Of a DNA stretch of 62,000 nucleotides, positions 11,101-23,100 are shown one piece after another. Below the pieces are notes generated by a model. That model saw only the letters and a program-made list of their open reading frames with translations. It was not told the DNA's origin and did no database searches. The DNA comes from Acanthaster planci (Eukaryota). The stretch's first letter is position 1; each line of letters starts with the position of its first letter. The position numbers and the translations under genes are program-made. The stretch is taken from NCBI RefSeq assembly GCF_001949145.1, contig NW_019091404.1, positions 2,232,001 through 2,294,000 of the forward strand, read 5' to 3'.

Positions 11101-14100
11101 GCAGTGTTCATTTGGCCCTGAGCCTCCCATGACTTCTCCAATATCCCTCCCTGTTCAGGAAACTAGTGACGCCGTCTGTGCTTTTGAATAACAAGGGGGC
11201 ATCAAGTCCCATAAGCCTATTTGAGGAGGGCGCTACTTGGTTTGAATGGAATCTTTTGAGTTGACTCTAAATTTACCCACTTCAAATAGCACCATCCAAT
11301 TGTGTCCGCCATGCTTCAAAAAGGCTAATGCACACGCAAGTAAGATGTCAGAAAAAAAGGCTGTACAAGTGAAGAGACTAATCCCAGGAGATGCCATTAC
11401 TAGGTAGCATTATACTCATGCAGGCATTCTTAACTTGAGTCAGCTCGCCCACTTTGCCTAGTCACAATACCCTGTTGAAGACGAATGACACGTGTGCGTA
11501 CTGCCTGCAAACAAATATGGCTGCCCCAAAGTAACCGCTTCAAATTCAGGTCGGCAGATTAGTCTACAGTGTTTTACAATATGTACGGGATTACGTAAGT
11601 CCCAAAAAAGGTAACAAGTTGATCCATGGATTGGGTGTGAAGCAACACCTGTAATGCTTCAAAAATCCTGCAAAACCTCGAGGCTAATTTTGAAGGAAGG
11701 AAGTGGGACCTAAGGATCCTGACAATGCTCTTGTCGGCATTACCTGAGATCTATCTTCCGCTTGGTCACCACTCGTCGCTTTTCCTCGACTTCTTTCCTT
11801 TCAATCTCCAAGCGATCCACATCCAGAAGATGGCTCTTGTCAGATTTTTCAAAAGCAGACACTGTTCTCCTTCGGACTGAGGGGAAAAAAAGGAAGAGAT
11901 GGATAGAGTTGAATTAAGATTATCAAAATAACAGCGAGCTCCAAAATTTGAAGCAATATCTATATATTGCATTCAAGGAAGCTTAATGCAGCCACATTCA
12001 AATAAACAAACTTGATTGGCCTCAAAAAACAATCCACATTGTTTCCCGAAGAGGAAATACAATTCCTGATTAAATAATATCACTTCTAATGTCTATATTA
12101 TTTATCACAGTTGCCTACCTGTATGGCATAACCTTCTCAGATTCTTTGCTTTTTAGCCGTTAATTAAAGGTCAGGAAAATTTCCCAATGCCTGAGCAAGT
12201 TATAATATACAAAGACTTTCCACACTTCCTGCTTCCCCGCTTCATACTTCACATGAAAGCAAACATGAATTTACGACATCAGGTAAAATATTCCCATTAC
12301 GAATTCTTGAAGTTTTACACATTTCAATGCAAATGAAATGTTGCTGCGAATCTTTTGTGACGTCGGATTTGCTTTTGTGACGTCAGATTTCCTTTTGTGA
12401 CGTCAAATTTGCTTTTGTAATGTCAAATTTGCTTTTGTGACGTCAAATTTGCTTTTGTGACGTCAGATTTGCCTGCAGTATGGACCATATGACTTTCCAT
12501 ACTCCTTATCTCCCCCTTCTCCAGCATCAAAATTCCTCATCATTCTTGGTGAAACAATCTGCCCATTTTCCCTTTATAAGGGGCAACTGCAAGCATTCAT
12601 GACACTTCCTGCAATCCTACCAGATTCCTTCTTCTTCCCACCATCACCAACATTCTCCCCGGGAGCCTCTTCCACTTCCTTGGCAACGACCTCTTCCTCC
12701 TTGGTGACGACCTCAACCTCCTTCCCCTTGCCTTTTTTGTCCTTCTTCTGCTTCTTCTCCTCCTTCTTTTTGGCTTTCTTGTCTTTCTTCCCACTGTCTG
12801 CATCCTCCAAGGCCTTGCCGATCTTTGCAGGAAGGGTTTCGCTTTTCTTCTTTCCATCCCGCTGGAGAACCTGAATAATCCAACAACAACTGTGAGGCGC
12901 TAGCGTGACGCAATGCCTGTAATACCTACAAAGATTTCATTTGAAAGAATGTGTCATTTCCTGATTTGGCTTGCCCCAGAACTTTGCAGAGACTTACCTG
13001 AGATCTTGCACCTTCAAAATTCTGCATTATGGTTCCCAAGAACATAGCGGGAGGGCTTCATACAACAATGTGATTATCAACATCAAAATCACCATGATCA
13101 CACAACTGCTTCATTGAGGTTCCTTCAACTCTTTTTTGGTATCGAGAGGAATCCGTTTAGGAGCAGCAGGGGTGCAATGGGGTAAGAAGGCAGTTTTGAA
13201 ATGCTGTTCAAACAATGGAGCACTTGAAGTATCTGTCTGCAGGCTAGTGATCTAGAGGTGCAAAGACTTAACTTTAGTTCAATAAAGTTCACTAATCTTA
13301 TCTCTGCCATCACAAAAATCCTAAACAGTTTCTTACAAATTGAAAATGTCTTGGAGCTCACTCTCAAAACTTAAAGACCAAATTTTCAAGTCTGATAGAA
13401 ATTTTGAGAATGAAAATGTGGACAGGCATTGTTTGTTTTCAGCTAAATGTTAGCAGTTAATGGTTTTGTGATTGTGCTGTTTGGCATTTACAGTGCTGTG
13501 TAAAATTCCCTGCAAATGTGAAGGACAGTGTTCAAGCTAGGACCAGTGCAGTGCCGGTTAAATTTTTGGATTGGACCTCTCGTAGCCCATAGCTGGGTTT
13601 TTAGGGGAATCCTAGAAGGGATTTCCCCCATGTCATCGTGAAGGCATGTTTACAATAATGCTTTCCCAATCAACGGCTGATTTGATACGAAGAAAATGAG
13701 AAATATCTTTCTTAGGTCTTTACTTACTTGTTTGAAATTGCAAAATAGTGCAAAACTGTGACTTTGTAAACTTGAAATTTGATCAAATTGGTAAATTTTC
13801 GGCAATATTTCAGTCCATTTGAACCCAAGAGCCAGGCAGAATTTTACAATACCGGGTGGTGCCGCCCGGCACTGCCCACTGTTGCTAGAACACTGGTGAA
13901 GGATTAAACTACAAGGGGCAGTTATTTTTCAGGGTTAGTATCACCTGTACCAAATAAAATTAAATGGAAATTAGTACATTTACAATATTTTCGATGAGAT
14001 TTGAAAACCTCAAGTTCCGCTTACCTATCAAAAATGGATTACATGTATGAGTTAAAAAAATTATTTTCATGATGTCAGTCAATTTACCATCAAATATGAC

Positions 14101-17100
14101 TTGAATGTTAAATTATTCATTATATTTAACGTTGAAAGTGACACTGACACTACACGTATGTTTTGCATTTGCTGGAACAAAAGGGCGCACGTTTTCAAAT
14201 GAAATTGACAGTCTTTTGGTATGAACTCAAGGCATAGGTGCGCAAGTTTATGCGCATTTGATGTATAGCACGCCGAGTATGTGAAACAAATTTACGCTGG
14301 AATGTATGGTCTTTGAGCGCATGCCAACGTGTGCAAGAACCCAGAGGGGAAACATCGCACCCGTCGGTCTTTCTTTTGCCGGTCTGGGCGCAATTCAACT
14401 CAGAGTGGATACGAAAAGGACTTTAAGCAAAATGTCTCAGTTGCACAGATGGACGAGAATGTTGACAAAGGACCAACACAAAGTGAATCACATGACACAC
14501 TGAACTAAGGCAGGTACAATAAACAATGTACCACGCTTTGAAAAGTCTACGGCATGAACTATTAATGGACCAGATGACACTGAGAAATGTTCTTCACTGA
14601 AATGTCTTGCTGAAGTACAGCTTCACACCACACTCACACCAAAATGATTCTTCTTTTTCTTTTCTTTGGGTGACAGGATTGGAGGTTGCTCCAAATCATC
14701 CAGCAGCTCCAGGTACAGGTCTTCATGTACGGTTTTGGCTATGTTAATGTACTGACAGCAAAACACAGCAAGCACACATAGCAAATTGAAACAACAACAG
14801 AAAAAATAGCAACTTTTAAGCAGACAAAATGCAGGTGACATGAACTGGGAAACAGGAAAAAGTTTAGTAAGCTTCCAAAGCCCGAAAGCCTGGTAGGTAC
14901 TTGTACTGCAGGTATTGATTGGTACCTACAAGATATTCTTTATGGCAACTTGGCCTCTTGAGAATAGTTAGTGAATATGAAAAACCATGCCAATCAATTA
15001 CTCATGCCCAAACTGACCCCAGTTTAGGCAACCAAGTTTGATGCCCTGTGCACAAATCTGATTTGAGATTTTTTGCTACTCGGCTGTACATTTGTCAACC
15101 ATCCTGTGCTTAGTTTCCCATTCATATTCCTCTTTATTGAACTGTTCCCCTGTCCCTTTTTCTCGTCTTTTTTTTTCCGTACTGTTGCTTAAGTCTGATT
15201 GCTGGCACTACTGGGTTCAAACTCTTTAGCCTCCGAGCAAAATTGTTGGCATTAGGTTAAAGCAGCAGCACATGAAAGTTTGAATAGAAATGAAAACCAG
15301 ATGTGGTTTCTATTAACAAGAACGAATAACACAATAAACAGGGAGTGGTGTCCGCAACCCTTGGTTCTTCGCGAACGTCAAACCTTCCCTTGATAAATGC
15401 ACTGAAAATAAAACGGTAATGAGGAAAAGCCTTCTATATACTGAGCCTGGTTAAAAGGAAGATCATTTAAAAGCAAGACTAAAATTAAGGAGTCCTCTCA
15501 AAATTCGTCCAGGACAAGTTGCAGAAAAGTCATGGACATTATTAAGGGTTAAGTTGCGGGATTCTTAACCATCTTTGTTCACATTATGTCCCGCTTCTGG
15601 GGTTTGGATCAAAGGCTGGGCTCTCAAAGACACACTGTGTGTCTACTGTACCAGCAGAAAACATTGTAACAGCACAGCTTAGATGGAGCCACCTGTTGTG
15701 TGCACTGAGGCCAACTATAAACAGCCATTCACTCGTACGGGACAAATGCAGGGCTTCTTGTGGGTGAAGTCAATGTTGTCACCCACAACTTGTCCTGGAC
15801 GAGTCTTGGGATGGTTCCTAAGGTATTTGGGCAGTTCTCAGACCGGTATGGTCTGAGATAGCAGAATCCCCTCAGAGAGAGAGAGAGTCCTCAGTCTTGG
15901 ATGTCCTCGATTTAAAGTATCAGTTTCCTAAGCTATGGTAAAGGCTTCTTAAGAATCACTACATGATCATGATTGACGGAACAATCTCAAAATTTGCATA
16001 GATCTGCATTTTAATGAAAATATGGCTTGTTATTCCAGTGTCTCAAGATGTTCAGTTAGTGAAAGTTGAGGCAAATAGATGTGACACAATTAGGCAGAGG
16101 AGTGAAGAACTTGGAACCTGAAAATAAGGTACATGTGCAGGTTAAGTTCTTCTTAAAAATTCACTCAAGAAGTAAAAGCAGTAGATCTGTCACTGCCAGG
16201 ACAAAAAAAACAAACAAATTAACCAAAAAAGGAAAGCGTTTAATTATCAGTGGCTTCCGTGGTCAATTATGGTACCAGCATGCAGCTTCTACGTGAGTAT
16301 TTTATTTTCAGATGTTAGCACAGATGCAAGCTTCAAATGGTTCCAGCACAGGAGCCAGACACAACTCACAATTTTAAAGTTCTGGTAAATGGAGCTGGGG
16401 GAGTTCTTCCCTGCAGACTTTTCTTTTTCTTTGTCATCTGAAACACTGTCGTTGCTATTTTGGCGAATGGGAACATCGGTATCTTCATAGATGACGTCGT
16501 AATTTTGATTTTGCTACAATTGAACAAGATTTAATGACCTACACATGTTATCAAGTCTTCTCTAGGACTTTGTCAACAGAGAATCACATGAACAATCACA
16601 TTTCTCGGTACTATCAGATCAGATAACCAACATCCTTCAAAATCCATCTGACAGGTTTAGGGGATTTTGCAGGCTAGGGGAGGATGGTATCAAGTCACTG
16701 TTACTTTCTGTATGATTTGATGGTACATGAGCAAACGAAATCACACTGGGTTACTTCGTGGTGTTGAATTTCAGGGACAGAAAAGGTGGGAAGGAGGGGC
16801 CAAGGTGAAGGTTCCAAAGAGGCCCCTTTGGCCTCGTCTGGAAAAACCAAAATTGGGTGGTGTTGAGTGGATCTTCTATCCTGTACTTGTGATCCACTTC
16901 TTAGCTCTGAGGCTTTAAAGCAGATTGGTGCCTGTGATACATACAGTGGCTTTTCTCAACCTTGCTGTTATAAGGACCAGCCCAAGACCAAAGATTTGTA
17001 TTTTTTCACATCGAACTATAGGAAGTGACTTATGAGAATTCTCCTCCAAACTCGGGCGATTTACAATAGTGCGTCTCTGAGAGTTTGCAGCACGTTCGCC

Positions 17101-20100
17101 AATCACAATGTGCGAAATCTGACGACCTTTTCCATGTACGCATTGGGTCGACAGATCTCGTGCACTGTGATTGGCCAATGCGCTGCAAACTCTGGGAGGC
17201 GCACTATTGTGAAACGCCCGTATTATCAAATAACACATTAAAAGAAATAAACCCAGAACAAAACAAATCACTTCTGGGAAGAACAAAATTGGGGAGAACT
17301 TTGAAGTGCCTGATAGCAACATTTTACAATGATCATATGACTCTTAACAAAATTAAGAAAACGAGCAGGGTTTAGGTGTTTATACACAATGCACCACGAA
17401 CACTTCAAGGCCTCTCCCATACAATCAGTTCTATTAAGGTTGTTAATTGCTGAGTGCTAACTCCAAATGGTAAAAAAAACACACGAGTTGTTAAATTAGA
17501 TTGCCACAGCGAAAGAACTTTTGTTCATATGAACTTACACAGACAGGAATGCAAAACGTTGTCCCTCCCCCCCAAAAAAATAAGTAAACAAACTGCGTAA
17601 AACCGTGNNNNNNNNNNNNNNNNNNNNNNNNNNNNNNNNNNNNNNNNNNNNNNNNNNNNNNNNNNNNNNNNNNNNNNNNNNNNNNNNNNNNNNNNNNNNN
17701 NNNNNNNNNNNNNNNNNNNNNNNNNNNNNNNNNNNNNNNNNNNNNNNNNNNNNNNNNNNNNNNNNNNNNNNNNNNNNNNNNNNNNNNNNNNNNNNNNNNN
17801 NNNNNNNNNNNNNNNNNNNNNNNNNNNNNNNNNNNNNNNNNNNNNNNNNNNNNNNNNNNNNNNNNNNNNNNNNNNNNNNNNNNNNNNNNNNNNNNNNNNN
17901 NNNNNNNNNNNNNNNNNNNNNNNNNNNNNNNNNNNNNNNNNNNNNNNNNNNNNNNNNNNNNNNNNNNNNNNNNNNNNNNNNNNNNNNNNNNNNNNNNNNN
18001 NNNNNNNNNNNNNNNNNNNNNNNNNNNNNNNNNNNNNNNNNNNNNNNNNNNNNNNNNNNNNNNNNNNNNNNNNNNNNNNNNNNNNNNNNNNNNNNNNNNN
18101 NNNNNNNNNNNNNNNNNNNNNNNNNNNNNNNNNNNNNNNNNNNNNNNNNNNNNNNNNNNNNNNNNGAGACGTGTCAACAAAAACATTGAAAATTCTGCAT
18201 GTCTGGAATTCTATTAAGACCACACAAGATCAGTAATGCGCAGACACTTTTACATGCACTAGAGTGATTGACATGTTATATGTGACCCGCTCTGCAAAAA
18301 AGGGTAATAAGTCGGGCAATGCCAAAACATGTAATGGCATGTTCTATTTGGAGAGGGCACATTTTCTTCAAAAATGTGATTTTGTGTTTTTTCCTTTATA
18401 GCTTTTTTAATATTTACATTTTCAGAATTTGTGACTACAAACATGGATACTGATGAATGAAGATGAAAAATGGATCATTCAGTAGGAAATCCTATATAGC
18501 ATTGTGTTTCCAAGCGCCGTATCCAAAAATGTGGATATACAAATGTCTATATATCTCTGGAACGTAGCACACTACAGGGGTCAATCATCAGGGGTCAATC
18601 ATACATCAAATTGTAGCTTTTCATGGACAGAATCAAGCCACATCAAAAACTCATAACCTGAATCTGGCGACTTTTTTCCCATATTTCTGGAGCCGGTCAC
18701 ATGGACTTGTAGATAAATGCAGTTTGAAAGTGTTAATAAGTTCAGGACTGCAGTTAACATGAGAAAGATAGTTTAAAAACAGTGATTAGCAAAATCTATT
18801 CCAAGTCAACATCTCTGAATGCCTTCAAATAATTTATGAACAAAAAAGTCTGCACAGGATGGATTCCACTGTGGGAATACAAACCAAGAAAATTGTAAAC
18901 AAAAAAGGCTTAGTAGAGAGCATTTTAAGTCATGTTTTCTTCCTCCAAGACTACCCCTCTCTATCCTTTTCAAATTAGTTCAAAATTTTCTTTACAGATA
19001 ACAACTTTGGGAAACCCCATTCATCGAACAAAAGAAAATGTAAAAATATATGCACATATGCTGACAATAAACAAATAGCCACAGAAAAATATAAACAAAT
19101 ATGAATCAATAGCAAATGCTCACAAACATGAACAAATTTAAAAAGGCTTTGCAAAACTTTTTGAGATTTGATGATTGACAAAATCCCTGGCAACTAACTT
19201 TCCTGAAGCGTCTTGGTGATAACACTGCAGCTGTTCGATTGAACCCCCTATAAACTCTCTTTTGAAAAGATCGCCGAGGAGAAAGCTTTTGAGTAAAAAG
19301 AGGAAGAAATCTGCTACAGGGAAAAAGACACAAGACTTGATGACATGGTGCAAAGCTGTGAGACAGGTAAAGACAGAAAACAGAGAGCTGATTTTAACTT
19401 CCAAGGTCAGGCCTATAAGGTCAGAGTTCAAATGTTCAAACACACAATCACAGGTCATATTCCGGGATGATTAGACTGGAAGTTGATTCAACCTTGAAGA
19501 GGCCAAATTTCAACAAACCACCAACAGGTCTTGGACTGACAAGTGATTTGACTTTCAAGATCACAAAGTCAGAGGTCAAACTTCAAGCATCGAGTACAAG
19601 TATAAGTCTTACTTCAGATGACGGGAGCTGGAAAGTGATTCAACCTTCAACCGATTAATGTTGGATTGTCTTACCCAAAAAAACTGTCGGGGATGGATTT
19701 TTTTGAACTGTAAATTCTTCAAACTTCCAACCGTGCTTTGACCCAACCAAGTACGACGCATTAATACACCAACCATGGAAATGAAAAAAAGAATTCTTAA
19801 CGAGTGTACACGTCCTCCATGGAACAAATAAAGAAAATTATGTGTGTTTACACATCATCTGGCACCAAGTGGTTCAGGTCATTCTCTCATGCCAATGAGG
19901 TTAATTTTCAACATAACAATTTGCAGGTCATAGTTCATGGGTTAACCTTACCCTACGTCTCAGAAGTGACAAGCAGAAAAATGTTTGGTCAGCAAGTTAA
20001 ACCTAACATGCATGTATATATCTGATGTTCTTGCAAAAGAGTTGCTGCTTTCAAAATCAAACTATCTCAGAGCTAAGTGATTTCCTTCCGAAATACTTCC

Positions 20101-23100
20101 TCAAAACGGTACACAAACAAGATGTCGGGAGATTTTTGAGATCTCAGCTTGGAAAAAACGGCACTTTTGACGTTGCACGTAGCTCAAAAATTTTGATGTC
20201 AAATTTCTAACCTCAAGGTCATATCTTCATATCCACCAGGTCATGTCCAGGAGAAAGGTCATATACGTGACCTTCATGTGTGACACACACACAAGGATGT
20301 TGTAAGCCTTCTCGGCATCAAACAAATCTCTGAACTTCCGAGTCAGACATCAAGATATGACCTTCTACCACATAGTCACATCATATTTAAGCCAGAGCTG
20401 AACCAGTGGTGTTAGTTCTGACTTGAAGCGAGGCTTCAGCAAATGTTCTAAAAAACTCACAGAGAAGTTTCCATAATACGCCTGTGGCGGTCCCTTTGGT
20501 GATACTCCACTGCCAACTGCTACATCATCATATTCCTCTGTCTGAAGCACAGCATTCAAAAAGTCCTTACATTAAATGGTTTCTCCCATTAGTACATGTA
20601 TGTGCATCATTTGTTTTAGCAACTCGGGGGGGGGGTATTAAAGCCGGCATGGCTGGGCCCTTGTCCAGACTTAGAACCCTTCACATAAGAACTCTGGAAC
20701 TGTGAACACGCTACCTGCTACACAGATGATTTTCATTCACGTGGCGGTCAGCGTCCAATGAACACGGAGGCGTGCAGAAATGTACACGCCTTCAAAGTCT
20801 TGCAACTTTGGCGTACATGAAACTGCTAATAGACATACACGGATTAAAAACTGCACGCACTTCTACCGACATGGAAGGCGTCCTAAAATATTTTTGCCTG
20901 TCATGTGACGTCACGTGAAAATCCTCTATAGCAGTCTAGGGAAAGAGGGTCTGACAATTGTATTGTGGGTTTATTATTACAATTTTGACCAATTGAAAGT
21001 AACTCAAATTTCCACATTATAAACTCTTGATTAACCCTCCTATGCTGAAGTCACTCTTTGGGTCATTTGGTAAACACCTCACAGAAGCACAGCTGTGTCC
21101 TGTTGTGCACTGGACCAACAGTCCCTCACAGGAATNNNNNNNNNNNNNNNNNNNNNNNNNNNNNNNNNNNNNAATGCAGTGAAGAGGACTGCACAAAAGA
21201 CCCTGGGTCATTTTGTGCTGGCAATTTATTGTGTACACACTGAACCTGTGCATGTTTGATTTCCATATAGAAACTACATGCTCACCAGTGACTGTGGGCA
21301 TTTGTGCACATTTGTGCTGTAAAACCAAAGGAGGGTTAATGCACACTGACACATTCCACTAAGCCAATCCTCACTGCCTAAACTAAACAGGAAAAAGAAT
21401 CTCTAGACAAGAAAAAGAATCAGTTACGAGTTGAGGATGGGCTTATGTTACAGCACAAAAAAAATGCCTTTCCATTAAAAGAGTGGAACTGCGAAGCATA
21501 AAAAAAGTCACATCTTTCGATCCTTGCTGAAATAAAGCTACGACCAGATAAAAACAGTCCATTACATTTTCCACCATCTTGTAAATGTGTAGAAACCTCC
21601 AGTAGAAGTAGCCCAAAACAATAAAAATGGAAGAGTTTTTTACCTGGTCCCCCGGCTCATTAATCTCAAATGCCTTCAGCAGGCTGGACACCATCCCCGT
21701 CTTGGAGGAGCTGGAGGCATCCTTCTTCAGGTCAGGCACCATTTCTTCGTGAAGCTTCTTGAGGAGAGGCCCCAAGTCCATGATGTTGAGAGTCTATGAG
21801 GCAAGATATTAAAGAGAAAGTGTCAGGGACCATGCCAAGGACAGGGACGATGTTAAGGACCATGGACAATGTCGAGGACAGGGCTCGAGAGACAATGCTT
21901 TTCTCTACAACAGAAATATTTTGTCTTTCATATTGCAAGTAAAATAAAATTTGGCAGTGTTGCAATTCTGTTTAAAACCACCACAACATGTTTCATAAAG
22001 GGATGAAATAAAGTGTGTGGCTTAACCACTTGCTGACAGGGGACCTGGTTTTGGGTTTGTTTTCTTTATACCTAATGCCGGGCTGCCCAAAACCGGACAA
22101 AAGAGCTAGGCCTCACTAATAAAAGACTGTACTTGGAACAAAAGACCAAGTTGCTGAGAATTTCCAACATTTTTTCAGTAGTCAATTTCGGGTACAGGTA
22201 GAGACTCACTTCTCCAAACTGGACACCAATTGGACATTAGGGTGCCAAGATTGGCTTCAGCAAATAGGAAGGTTTCTGGTAAGAGTGTCTACGAAGTTGG
22301 ACCCACCTCTATGTGAATTAGAGTCTCACTGCCACGAACGATTCTCATGGCAGCTTTCCCTTTGGCAGCCTTGGAGTCCGGTTCTGCCATATCTGTCCCA
22401 CTCAGGAGAAAATGAAAGTCCAACCTTTCCCCGTCCTCCGAATAGCACTCCAACTCGCCTTTCTGGATTACCAGATACTTTTTGCGCCACTTGGGTTCAC
22501 CGTAATTGGCACTCCCCATGATGTTAATGTAGCCTGTGAGGAAAAGAACTAAACCTTTACCCAACGTCTGCGAAGATAAAATGCCAAGGACGTTGCAAGC
22601 CAGTGGCACGCTGCTGCTTATGTTTATTTCCACGCTCTTGGTTTAAAACTGACATTTTCACAACAGCGACATACTGACCTTTGAAAAGCCCCCTTTTAAT
22701 ATAAAAATGATCCCTCCCTCTTCTCAGAACAATTGCAACCAACAAGCCGAGCTCATTCAGTACAGCATCAGAAGACCTTTGGAGGTCTTATTTAGGTTGA
22801 CGTCTTTGGCCTCCCCATCAGTTCTTTCAATCTCTCACCTGACAGAACTCCTTTCTTGTCGACGGCAAGCTGCGGGCTGTTATCCTTGGACTTCTTGTCC
22901 CGCTTGGTGAACAAGCCCAAGACTGAGGATGGAAGACAAAAAGAGGAAAGTCAAAGTCATCCCGAGACATCTTGATACTCCTGGGCTGAAGTTGCCCAAA
23001 TCATAAGCCAGTACTGCGGTGGTGCAATGCTCAAAAGCCGGTCTTTGCCGCTTGCCAAAATGCAGGTACAGCTTAAGTTTAAGAAATGCGCATGAGCGAG

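Noticed and set aside
17491..18223. Three long ORFs of X residues
   Set aside because: Artefacts of the N gap.
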